The notes under the pieces were generated by a model. That model was given only the letters and a program-made list of their open reading frames with translations, ran no database searches and was not told the origin of the DNA. A stretch of DNA of 63,969 nucleotides, counting the filler, from Sanchytrium tribonematis (lineage: Eukaryota), in assembly GCA_018985235.1 (NCBI GenBank). It is 7 parts of 7 records of this genome, joined end to end, with 100 filler letters (N's around TTAATTAATTAA, not from the genome) between each part and the next. Parts side by side here need not be neighbours in the genome. Positions count along the whole stretch, not along the records: positions 27,917 to 37,069 come from JADGIG010000340.1; positions 37,170 to 46,211 come from JADGIG010000343.1; 5 more parts are not named here. One strand, given 5' to 3'. Every line of letters begins with the position of its first letter. Position 1 is the first letter of the stretch. The translations under genes and the position numbers were made by a program. Shown here piece by piece: positions 35,390 through 44,903 of this stretch.

Positions 35390-35600
35390 TGTGGAGATTG
35401 ATTTTGTGTGACAAGTGAATTTGCACGTGTTATAGGCCAATGAAATGAGAATAAAATGAGATCATTTGTCAAACACCCCACTCTGTCATTCGAATCTCTG
35501 AATTATTTTTCATTTATTACGATGTCCCATCATTTGCCATGTCATTTATATATACAAATCCTTTTTAATTATTTTACAAAATAGCCATTTCATTGCAATA

Positions 35601-35846
35601 TTACGATTTATTTCTATTCAAATTCCTTCTCTTTCTCAATTTATGTTTATTCATCTTTTTTCTTCTCTTTTTCAAAACATTTCCTGCCATTTCTATTGGC
35701 CATGAATCTTTTATATTTGGCAATGTATTTGGCAATATGTTTGGTAATATATTTGGTATGGTCATCCATGATGCCCTCTCACATGGTACCTCTAATCTAA
35801 TCCCTCCCAAATGTGCTCTAATCATCCCAATGCATCTCTTCAACAT
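35601..35846 (-). CDS. COX24: Mitochondrial ribosomal protein mS38 (COX24/AURKAIP1-like)
   Basis: C-terminal NVLKKRRKKMNKHKLRKRR signature; presequence-like N-terminus; four xPN[IT] 12-bp repeats. Confidence 0.8.
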   Translation of the reverse strand: MLKRCIGMIRAHLGGIRLEVPCERASWMTIPNILPNILPNTLPNIKDSWPIEMAGNVLKKRRKKMNKHKLRKRRNLNRNKS

Positions 35847-35927
35847 GTTTCACCCCCATTGATTGGTATTCAAATCACTATAATTATAGATGGTTCTATA
35901 TATTGAAATCTAAACAATAAATTGCAA

Positions 35928-36848
35928 ATGATCATCTCTTTATTCATTTCATTAACAATGGCCAACCAACAACAACAAGATTGGCTCAATAATTCATTGT
36001 TGATTTCCCCTTCTATTTTCAATGCTACAGATCCATTATGGGGTATTAAGAATATTACCAGTTATAGTGATGTGTTGTGGCAATGTCGGAATATCACTGA
36101 TATGAATACAGCTGCATTGTGTTTGGCATTTACCAATATGACCAATGCGACGATTATTGCAAATGGACAATCATCTAGTGGATCTCAAAATACAGGTAGT
36201 GCAAGTACAGGATCTTCAAATACTGGTATTTATTATGGACAAGGTCAATCTACTGGATACGCACAGCCACCATTGGGATCTAGCAGAGAAGCACCTATTA
36301 CCAGTCAATCCATCCACACACCTGTTAATCCATCTCCATGCAATTGGACATCTCATCCATCGTATACCATAGCAGGATTATTAACTACAATTGATAATTC
36401 GACTATTTTAGTATTCGCAGCTACTAATTTAACAAATTACACAGATTTCTATTCCATATACGCATTGGCATTAAATGGAGGTGTGACTGGCAATTCTAGT
36501 TTAACAGATAATCAAACATCCACTACTATACGACAATTAATCAGTCAAAATGGTGGATCTGACTCGCTAGAGGGTGTTGCAAATATTACATTTAATCATG
36601 ATATTTGCACGATTGGAAAAAGTCAGTTAATTGGAAGTGATGTGACTAGTTATTTAAATGGAGGCAATATTGGAAATGTAAGTGGCAATTTGACGAATTT
36701 GAGTAGCGGATTCAATTCATTGCAGAATAAAACATGGGGGGATTCGATTTATTATATGAATGGGACATGGAGTGGACAGCCATTACGTGTGAATGGAAGT
36801 GGATGGATTCCACCTATTATTCCACCTATTGGCGTACAGGGACAATAA
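35928..36848 (+). CDS. Secreted Asn/Ser/Thr/Gly-rich glycoprotein, unknown function
   Basis: Leader MIISLFISLTMA; many NxS/T sequons. Confidence 0.7.
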   Translation: MIISLFISLTMANQQQQDWLNNSLLISPSIFNATDPLWGIKNITSYSDVLWQCRNITDMNTAALCLAFTNMTNATIIANGQSSSGSQNTGSASTGSSNTGIYYGQGQSTGYAQPPLGSSREAPITSQSIHTPVNPSPCNWTSHPSYTIAGLLTTIDNSTILVFAATNLTNYTDFYSIYALALNGGVTGNSSLTDNQTSTTIRQLISQNGGSDSLEGVANITFNHDICTIGKSQLIGSDVTSYLNGGNIGNVSGNLTNLSSGFNSLQNKTWGDSIYYMNGTWSGQPLRVNGSGWIPPIIPPIGVQGQ

Positions 36849-37933
36849 ATATTTTTTATGCGATTTTGACATTGATTGTTTTAAACACACGGGTAAAAGG
36901 AGATTCATTTTACTGGTTAATAGTAATGCTATTGATTTGAGGGTGTTACTTTGGAGAAATGATTTGGATTGTCGTATTATTTGGAATGTCATTAGTGAAA
37001 AGAGATTCTGAAAATGATGAAAAATTGAAGGCAATGCATAGAGGATATTTTTTTTTTTTTTTTTTTTTTNNNNNNNNNNNNNNNNNNNNNNNNNNNNNNN
37101 NNNNNNNNNNNNNTTAATTAATTAANNNNNNNNNNNNNNNNNNNNNNNNNNNNNNNNNNNNNNNNNNNNTGTGCCTATTTACAGGCACTTTTTGACCATT
37201 GGATTTGTCATTGTGCTCCATCCCAATTGTTTCCTCCTGATTTTCTAATTTTGCAAAATTATTTTTACATGGAATATTAAAACTAATGAATTATGTTAAA
37301 TGTACCACCTACTTTCCTTATAATTTCTACCACACAAACAATATAACTCAAAAACCACTATCTTAACTTACAAACACGAGTAACCATATCCTTCAACAAG
37401 GCAATTTCTTCCTGCAAGTACATTTTTTCGAGCAATATAGATTTATTTTTCGTCTAAATTAGGCGACTTGAATCTAACAGACCCTGCGGAGACTAATCTA
37501 CTCCAGAGAATTAAGAGTACTACTGCAAAAATAAATAAAAACAGATTATGAGTAAGACTACTTATTACACCAAAAGCATGAGATGATAGAACATTTGGCT
37601 TAATAATTTTGTCTTTTCATAATGATCGAAAATGAACCTTTTAAAAAACATCCCATTTCAGATAAAGTCTGGAAATATAAAGGTCAAAATCACCAAGAGT
37701 GTAACAAATGCTCCGAAAACAACAGATTTGATATCAAAGCACAAAAAGTGGATAATAAGCACAAAACAACCAGCAAATTCTTGAGACAAAATTCATTGTT
37801 TTGATAATTCTGAAAATGATCCAAAAATCTCAGCACTAAAATCTCAAGGAAATGTTGCTTATCTGACTTCTTGCTCATGAAGAAAAAGAAATATATAGTC
37901 CAAATATGCTATATTAAATTACAATTTGGCCAA

Positions 37934-38500
37934 TCAATTTGAATTATCAGCATTGATAAAATTGTTGCTTTGATACAAATAAGCAACTGTCTGATCGAAT
38001 TTGTCTTCGTGGAGCAGTTGAAATCCACAAATGTCTTTATTCCTTTTATGTGGGTGAATTAAAAGCAAGTAATTGCAATGAAGTGAAATTTCCATGGTAA
38101 ATAATTTTTCAATATTTTGAGGAATCAAATGAAATGCGTAAGAAATTACTATTAAATGAAAACTGTCTGGTTGAATTTCATTCAAAGAGCCATTTACGAT
38201 ATCCATAAATGAAATATTATGGCATGTTGAATTTGAGATTCGCTGCGAAAGGGCATTTTTTGTATACGGATCTATGAATGTAAATTGTAGATTGGTACAT
38301 ACCTGAGACAATGCTATCGATGCTTCACCACTTCCACAAGCTAAATCTAAAATACGAGTGCCAGTATATTTCTGCAAATTGAATTTTTTGTGCATAGATT
38401 TTATGACTTTGAGTACTCTTTCTTCATGAGGATTTCTATAGGAGTCTCCTTTTTCAATGTAAAAGACATCCACGCCATGAGAATAATTGATGGTATGCAT
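37934..38500 (-). CDS. Class I SAM-dependent methyltransferase
   Basis: Motif I ILDLACGSGE, FIDPY, FHLIVISYAFHL; N-terminal YRNPHE. Confidence 0.8.
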   Translation of the reverse strand: MHTINYSHGVDVFYIEKGDSYRNPHEERVLKVIKSMHKKFNLQKYTGTRILDLACGSGEASIALSQVCTNLQFTFIDPYTKNALSQRISNSTCHNISFMDIVNGSLNEIQPDSFHLIVISYAFHLIPQNIEKLFTMEISLHCNYLLLIHPHKRNKDICGFQLLHEDKFDQTVAYLYQSNNFINADNSN

Positions 38501-38578
38501 AAAGTTGTTTGACCCTGATTTGTCAAATTGATTGGAATGTTCGTGGCGAAGTCTGTAGAAGATAAAACATTTTATTGA

Positions 38579-38893
38579 TTACTCAATTGTCTCTACTTGC
38601 TTTCCTTTGAACGATGCACATGGGACAAATCCAACAACAGCAATTACCTTGTCTTCTTCCATTTTCTTCTGGACGCGAACTCTGATTCTATGTGGCAACT
38701 GTTTAATTCCATTACGCCATAAAGCATGGTTCAATTGTGGTTCTATTTTAACGATATCTGTTTGACACATTTGGGTAGCCAATTTTTTCATCGTTTTGAT
38801 GGCTTTAGGTGCTCTCTTTTTAAATGTTGTTCCAAGTAGATGTTTGTGAAGATGTACGGTAATTTCTTTGGTAAAAAGCTTTTGTTTATCCAT
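38579..38893 (-). CDS. RPL31: 60S ribosomal protein eL31
   Basis: TKEITVHLHK, FKKRAPKAIK, LNHALWRNGIKQLPHRIRVRV; start codon uncertain (38893 or an upstream in-frame ATG). Confidence 0.92.
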   Translation of the reverse strand: MDKQKLFTKEITVHLHKHLLGTTFKKRAPKAIKTMKKLATQMCQTDIVKIEPQLNHALWRNGIKQLPHRIRVRVQKKMEEDKVIAVVGFVPCASFKGKQVETIE

Positions 38894-39059
38894 TATTCTA
38901 ATTGATTTTATCATTAACTTTCCAGTTTCTTCCATGTGTTGACCAATCATTGAGTGAAACATATCACCGAATTTGACCGCAAATAATTCCTAATTAAGGA
39001 CGGTCGGAATCTATACAATTTGTGCGCGGAAGAGAAAATCTTAATTTATTTAAAAGAAT

Positions 39060-39353
39060 TCACAATAAAAGCATCAAGAGGCATATCCAGAACCATGATA
39101 GCCGTATGGATGGACTCAAATACATTTTTGGAAGAATCTTGACCTGGACTTTATAAGGAGTAGAAATGGAAGTAGTTGTAGTAGTATCAGAAGATTCATT
39201 GGTATTGATTGTAGATGTATAATTCAAAATAGGCCTTAATGTTTTAGTGATTTCAAGCGTTGAACTGGGGCTTGAGTGTGATGTCTCTAGAATGCTAGCT
39301 TTCCCTGTTTTTGTGTGATTAACTGTTATCGAGAAACGAGTTTGATTCAACAT
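39060..39353 (-). CDS. Small S/T-rich protein with a C-terminal hydrophobic anchor
   Basis: 97-aa ORF with a T/S-rich stalk ending WFWICLLMLLL. Confidence 0.45.
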   Translation of the reverse strand: MLNQTRFSITVNHTKTGKASILETSHSSPSSTLEITKTLRPILNYTSTINTNESSDTTTTTSISTPYKVQVKILPKMYLSPSIRLSWFWICLLMLLL

Positions 39354-39664
39354 GTCAAAATTCTGATACCAAAATTACGTCGCTACTTAATCTGAAAACA
39401 TGGATGAAGACAAGTAGCTCGTAACCTAAGCTTTGAGCCTCGTGTTGTTAATAAATTTATGTTGTTATTAGGAAAACAATGGGGCATCTCATGATTTTTC
39501 TTGAAATCATAATTTTAAAACATAGGAGCCTTGCCATGGAAATAATTGCTTTAAGCATCAAAAAAGCGGGACAGAACCTGCATCACACGGAATATTGTAC
39601 CATCTTTGCCAGTGTAATTTCCTTTCCAATCAGATGAAATACGAAAAAAGGAGTGAAACGGACG

Positions 39665-40513
39665 ATGCATTCTGACAATCCACTCTATTCTATCTTCCCA
39701 CAATATTCTCATGGTGAATTGGACCAAATATACAGTGAATTTAGCTATGATGCAGATGCTGCTAGTGAACAAATCACCAATGGTGCTCTAGATTGGAATA
39801 AGAAAAATGCTCAAAAAATTAAAAAGAAACCATACACTAAACCATCTTATCCTAGAAATCAGCAGAAGAAATGGGTCAGACCTAGAAAAGAAGAGCAGAG
39901 TCCAAAGGAGTCTGTTTTAGCTGAACCTAAAAAGGAAAAAATCGAACAGGTCAAACAACCTTCTCCTATTGTGCCTCAAAAAATGGAAAAACAAGACAGT
40001 GCTATTGATGCACCATCACTTTCATATGTACTGCAACATGGTCACAATGAAATTGAAATGGTAGAGGCTGATTTAGCTACTTTAGATTTGTCACAATTTG
40101 TTGTTTTAATTCCAAAAAGTACTTTTTCCAAACAGAGAGAACAGTCATCCAATTTAAACGAGGAAGCTCCTGTATCTGCGCCGTTTTCCTTATCTTCATC
40201 TGAAATCGTTCAATCGAAACCTCTCTTTAATGCTGTTCCAGTGCAAGACAAATTAAGATTATTAGGAATTGAGGATGATGCTACTAAAACAGCTCCATCA
40301 CAAGGTAATGAAGACTTGAAAGATTTTGTTTTGAATATGGGAATTGGAATTAATGAGCCCTCTAGTCCTCATACACCTCCCAATACACCAGTATATGGAA
40401 GACCAAAATTTGGAAAATTTAATGGGCAGAGCTCGAAGAAGCCTTATAAGAAACGATATTATAATTCACCGCCTTCTTCCACTCAGTCTGCTGCTGTTCA
40501 ATCAAATAAATGA
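39665..40513 (+). CDS. N-terminal CUE/UBA-like domain protein (Def1/UBAP2-like), low complexity
   Basis: LYSIFPQYSHGEL...DAASEQITNG..DW matches the CUE pattern (FP motif); the remainder looks disordered. Confidence 0.6.
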   Translation: MHSDNPLYSIFPQYSHGELDQIYSEFSYDADAASEQITNGALDWNKKNAQKIKKKPYTKPSYPRNQQKKWVRPRKEEQSPKESVLAEPKKEKIEQVKQPSPIVPQKMEKQDSAIDAPSLSYVLQHGHNEIEMVEADLATLDLSQFVVLIPKSTFSKQREQSSNLNEEAPVSAPFSLSSSEIVQSKPLFNAVPVQDKLRLLGIEDDATKTAPSQGNEDLKDFVLNMGIGINEPSSPHTPPNTPVYGRPKFGKFNGQSSKKPYKKRYYNSPPSSTQSAAVQSNK

Positions 40514-40550
40514 TTTTTATTTTAATACTTAAATTTTTATCATCGGCCAA

Positions 40551-41108
40551 ATGTTATTTTTGATTTATTTAATATTTTCAACACCTTATTGTGTGAGCTA
40601 TATGTCAAAACAAGTATGCTATGAAATGCAAAAGCTAGACAATAATTTAAATGTCAAAATTACTGGGACCATTAAAGGCTGGGCAGCACTTGGAATTGGC
40701 ACAGCAATGACTGGTGATGTGGTGATGGTCTGGAGAACACCCAACAATGACATTGGAGTCAGCAACAGACAAGCCAAAGGCTATGGGGTGACTAAATATG
40801 CAGCAAATAATAATCTTTTAGTGACAAAAAAAGTTCTGACAAATAATACCTTTGAAATTCAATTCAATAGACCTATTGCTGCAACATTAGGATTTACGCA
40901 AAAAGCTGCTACTCATTACATGTCCGCTTTAAGCTTGGCACCTGTTAATACAACCGACCCTGCCTATGTTTTTGAGAAGCATGATTTTGCGATTAATTTT
41001 GAATATTTCGTAAATACTGCGTCAAACAATACCAAGAATGGAGCAACTGGATTCGAGTTTTCAGCTTTCAAACAATTTCTAATTCTTGGCACTATATGTT
41101 TGTTGTAA
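40551..41108 (+). CDS. Secreted DOMON-domain protein, probable GPI/C-terminal anchor
   Basis: GWAALGIGTAMTGDVVMVW, FEIQFNRPI, EKHD (Met/His heme-ligand positions). Confidence 0.82.
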   Translation: MLFLIYLIFSTPYCVSYMSKQVCYEMQKLDNNLNVKITGTIKGWAALGIGTAMTGDVVMVWRTPNNDIGVSNRQAKGYGVTKYAANNNLLVTKKVLTNNTFEIQFNRPIAATLGFTQKAATHYMSALSLAPVNTTDPAYVFEKHDFAINFEYFVNTASNNTKNGATGFEFSAFKQFLILGTICLL

Positions 41109-41267
41109 GTGAATATAATAAATTGGATCTTTTCAATTTACGGTTTCAAATTATCCACATTGGGAAAGCACACATAAGGAAATTTACCTCTTCTCATATC
41201 GTTGAATCATACCTCATTATATATTAAAGTTTTGTGCTGTAGGCCAACATAACTGAAACAGATTAAA

Positions 41268-41801
41268 ATGTTGATATTTTATTTATTGGTTTTCTCAGAG
41301 TATTGCATCTTTTCCGATGCTTGCTTTAAGTTATCAAAAGTTGATGGTAACATGAAAGTTGTAATGACAAGCAAAATTAAGGGATGGATTGGTTTTGGAA
41401 TTGGAAGCGATATGCAAGGAGATATCGTTATAGGCTGGGTTTCTGGTGATAAAGTTTATGTGAGCAACCGAAAAGGTACAGGGGAACAACAGCCAACATA
41501 TTCGGTAAACTCTGCATTAAACATTACGAGCACTTCGATTACTAATGATGGTTTCGTTATTGAATTTATTCGACCAATAACGGCTACAAACGGATTCATG
41601 TCAACTGCAGAACTTAGCTATTTTGGAGCATACAAGGAACAATCGATCTCATGTACGAATCTCGATTGCAATCTTTCTCAGCATTTGAAATCTTCGGCTC
41701 AGAACTTCCACTACAACTTGGACACAGGTGAGTCTTCAGCAAGTGATCACAGCTTTGGACTAATACTGCTGCTAGTCACAATCTCAGGATTGCTTCAATA
41801 A
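41268..41801 (+). CDS. Secreted DOMON-domain protein, paralog
   Basis: GWIGFGIGSDMQGDIVIGW, FVIEFIRPI, SQH; hydrophobic C-terminus. Confidence 0.82.
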   Translation: MLIFYLLVFSEYCIFSDACFKLSKVDGNMKVVMTSKIKGWIGFGIGSDMQGDIVIGWVSGDKVYVSNRKGTGEQQPTYSVNSALNITSTSITNDGFVIEFIRPITATNGFMSTAELSYFGAYKEQSISCTNLDCNLSQHLKSSAQNFHYNLDTGESSASDHSFGLILLLVTISGLLQ

Positions 41802-42368
41802 ATATTATCGCAAAGAATCGGGATTATTCAGTAAAATAAAATTCTACCTTAGATTTTAATTTTTCGGACTGTGGTCTCCAACCTGCTCTTCATTTATACG
41901 CATTTTATAATTCATGTTTCTATAAGACCAGCAAATACAATCAATATGATCGAATGGTATTAGTGATTATTCAGATTGTGGTTCGATTCTTATGTCGTAT
42001 TTTAGTGAAAATTGGTTGGACTTGAATAAAATGCAAGAGCATCAAAAGTGTAGCAAGCATATTCTGCTACATGTGCCGATTTTAGAAAAACCCAACTCAA
42101 ATATTTCTAAAGTTTTATAAATATGGTCCGTTCAAATTAATTTTCCAATTTCCCTGTCACTAAATGGCAGATGCTATTAATCTCGTTTGAATCGAATAAC
42201 TCATGTGATATAAAATCTGATAAAAGAGCCATGGCAGTTTGGAGATATTAAAAAATTCAAGTTAAAATTTTTATAGAGAGTTAGCTTCTATGCACCATCT
42301 GTCTAGCCATTCTAATTTTGGTCCTGGTGAACGCGATTATCCAATATACTTGCTTTGTTGATTTTGTT

Positions 42369-42458
42369 ACACGAGTAAGAGCTTTTGCAAGCTGGGGTAT
42401 AAACAATTTTAAAACACGAGTAAGAGCTTTTGCAAGCTGGGGTATAAACAATTTTAAA
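42369..42458. repeat. 45-bp exact tandem duplication
   Basis: ACACGAGTAAGAGCTTTTGCAAGCTGGGGTATAAACAATTTTAAA at 42369-42413 and 42414-42458. Confidence 0.95.
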
Positions 42459-42779
42459 AAACATTTTGAAAATATAACATTATCTCCACGAGAATTTTGT
42501 TTAAGAAAAGATGTTGGCATTCATCAAAATGGATAAGGAATTTTATTCTACATAATATAAAAATATTCTTTTCAAAGGATTTTTGTCATAGAAATTTTGA
42601 GATTTAATTGTCTGCCTTTTCTCTTTTTATAAGTAGATGAATCAATCTTAATTTAAAATGTACATAGTTATGGACGGAGAGCTATTCGAGATATTATAAT
42701 TGATCAGAAAAAGACACATTGCGGATAAGCAGAGCACGATGTAATCCGATTTATATCTCCTACATACACCCCTCAAAAC

Positions 42780-43790
42780 ATGAATCTTCTCTGTTTCTTA
42801 CTTGCGATCATACAAGCAAGTTATATTCTTAATGATGTGACTTACGAACTTAAACAGGAAGGCAGCAATTTAATTGTGACAATGACATCTTTAATGGATG
42901 GTTGGGTCGGCTTCGGTGTGGGCAGAAATATGAAAGGAGATGTGGTGGTTGCTTGGAAGAATGCAGGAAAAGTAATTGTTAGTAATAGAATATCTAGTAG
43001 TGAAGATCTTCCTGCATTCGAGGCAAATTCAAATTTAAAGGTGATTTCATCTTCTGTGACTGATGCTGGTTTTACAGTCCAGTTTTCTAGACCTTTAGCA
43101 GCATCTTCTGGGTTTAAAACCGCTGCTAGTACAGAATATATGGCTGCTTATAAGCAAGGTGCTATCCCTAGTTCAGACCCTAAATATTCATTCGAACAAC
43201 ATGATTATAAACAGAATTTTCTATACAATTTAGCTACTGGTCAAGCAAGTGGTAGTGCTGTAACCTCTCAAATGGCTCATGGCGTGTTGATGACCTGGTC
43301 TTGGTTAGTTCTCATGCCAATATCCATATTAATTGCTAGATTTGGAAAGAAAAGACTGGGTGCAAAGTGGTTTCATTTACACAGAATCATCAATGGTACC
43401 GTAATGCTTGCGACCATTATTGCATTGATACTGATTTTAGTAGCTTATGACAATCAAGTCTATTCAAAAAATAATGTTGCACACCCAACTATTGGTTCCA
43501 TTTTATTCGGTTTAATGTTTATTCAAGTCGGTATTGGAATCTATATTAATAAGAAATTTAACCCAAGTAGAACAAAAGTACCAAACAGAGATAAATCACA
43601 TTGGATTGTTGGTTACATTTTACTTATTTTGGGTTTTGTTAATGCCATATTGGGATACACATTAGTATCATCTAGTGCAGCTTATGTTTTTACTGCTGTT
43701 GCAATATTTATTTTATGTTTATTCGTATTTATTGTGCTTCAAATCAGAATGGGGCAAATTCATGACCATGGATATGCGTCTTCCTCATGA
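42780..43790 (+). CDS. DOMON-cytochrome b561 protein (ferric-chelate reductase-like)
   Basis: DOMON (GWVGFGVGRNMKGDVVVAW, EQHD) plus b561 with His ligands AHGVLM, WFHLHR, AHPTIG, SHWIVG. Confidence 0.9.
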   Translation: MNLLCFLLAIIQASYILNDVTYELKQEGSNLIVTMTSLMDGWVGFGVGRNMKGDVVVAWKNAGKVIVSNRISSSEDLPAFEANSNLKVISSSVTDAGFTVQFSRPLAASSGFKTAASTEYMAAYKQGAIPSSDPKYSFEQHDYKQNFLYNLATGQASGSAVTSQMAHGVLMTWSWLVLMPISILIARFGKKRLGAKWFHLHRIINGTVMLATIIALILILVAYDNQVYSKNNVAHPTIGSILFGLMFIQVGIGIYINKKFNPSRTKVPNRDKSHWIVGYILLILGFVNAILGYTLVSSSAAYVFTAVAIFILCLFVFIVLQIRMGQIHDHGYASSS

Positions 43791-44000
43791 ATTAAATAAA
43801 TCTAATTAGTTGAATTCAAATTAAAACTCTTGCACTCCCTATTATTAAATTCAAGGAAATTAAATAAGCCTTGAAGTCTTTAATAAAATGGAGAACGTTT
43901 TTGACGTCAAAGCATTTTCTTGAAGATGATTGGATCAAAATTGCAGTGAATCGTACCGTAATCGAATATAAACGCCGAGTTACTACCATTTTAAGTTGAA

Positions 44001-44519
44001 ATGGAAGAACCAAAGTGTTGTTGCTGTGGTGTCAGACTAGGTTTGAGTATTTTATATTTACTTGTGCTAATAGGTGGAATTTTAAATTTTGTAGCAGGAG
44101 CTGGATCTATCGCCTTAGGATCTGGCACCAGCGGAGCTCTAAGTATCGTCCAAGGTGTCTTGTATGTGATTGGGGCAATTGTTGGATTTGCTAGTATCAC
44201 TACCCAGAAAGTTAAAGTTGCAGCTGCAGCAATGTGGATCTACGTAGTTATGATTACCATTAATATTATTATTTATATTATTAGTTTGGCTATGGTTAGT
44301 GCTGCTGTAGATGATGCTGTTGCTCAAGAAAAAGCAGCAAATCCAGATTTTACAGACGACCAAGTCAATGCATTAAAAAGTGTACGAACAAGCGCAATTA
44401 TTGCCAGTGGCGCTGTAGGAATTGGTCTCACACTTTTGATTGGAGGTTTAATTGTGCAAAGAATGTATTTATACAAAAAATGGTTGGCTGAAAAAGAAGG
44501 CAGTGCCCCTAGTGCATAA
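44001..44519 (+). CDS. Four-TM membrane protein with N-terminal Cys cluster
   Basis: KCCCCG followed by four hydrophobic segments. Confidence 0.75.
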   Translation: MEEPKCCCCGVRLGLSILYLLVLIGGILNFVAGAGSIALGSGTSGALSIVQGVLYVIGAIVGFASITTQKVKVAAAAMWIYVVMITINIIIYIISLAMVSAAVDDAVAQEKAANPDFTDDQVNALKSVRTSAIIASGAVGIGLTLLIGGLIVQRMYLYKKWLAEKEGSAPSA

Positions 44520-44903
44520 TAAATTTTGAAAATGATAGTTTTTTTTGTATATCTGACTTAACTATCAAGTCATTGATCACTATCTTGCACTTGTAAATGG
44601 AAATTGTATTTCCACTAAGATTGAATTTAAGACAAATATTTTTACTGAGTTTTGAAGCGTTTGTATATTCAAGAAAAGTTAATGGGACACGCTCTGTGAA
44701 ATAGAGTCTGGTCAAATGTTTTAAAAAATTAAACATTGTTATATTTGGAAGACCACGTCTCCAAGTTGAAATAGTAGGTAGTCTTTGGTATAATATGAAG
44801 TTTTCAATAAAAATCACTATCTAAAGTTGAAACAAATTTTTTCATGGCTTGAACTACCCAAAAAATTTCAGTTTTTAAGTTTGGATAAAGTAAACCAGAT
44901 TTG

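Noticed and set aside
37048..37069. Poly-T run as a retrocopy tail
   Set aside because: It lies at the contig end and no associated element or TSD is visible.
37170..37930. Hydrophobic ORF fragments on the minus strand
   Set aside because: Multiple stops in all frames, no frame-restoring GT-AG found and no recognisable family; possibly a decayed membrane-protein gene.
38898..38918. 21-nt GT-AG segment near the RPL31 5' end as an intron
   Set aside because: In frame and stop-free, so nothing in the sequence requires splicing, and the GTTAAT donor differs from the GTA consensus.
42369..42458. 45-bp and 92-bp (17327-17510) direct repeats as CRISPR-like arrays
   Set aside because: Only two adjacent copies each, no spacers, no cas genes, eukaryotic context; simple tandem duplications.
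44509..44817. 102-aa ORF downstream of the Abi-like RT as a partner gene
   Set aside because: Non-ATG start in a eukaryote and no motif; more likely 3' flank or a decayed extension.
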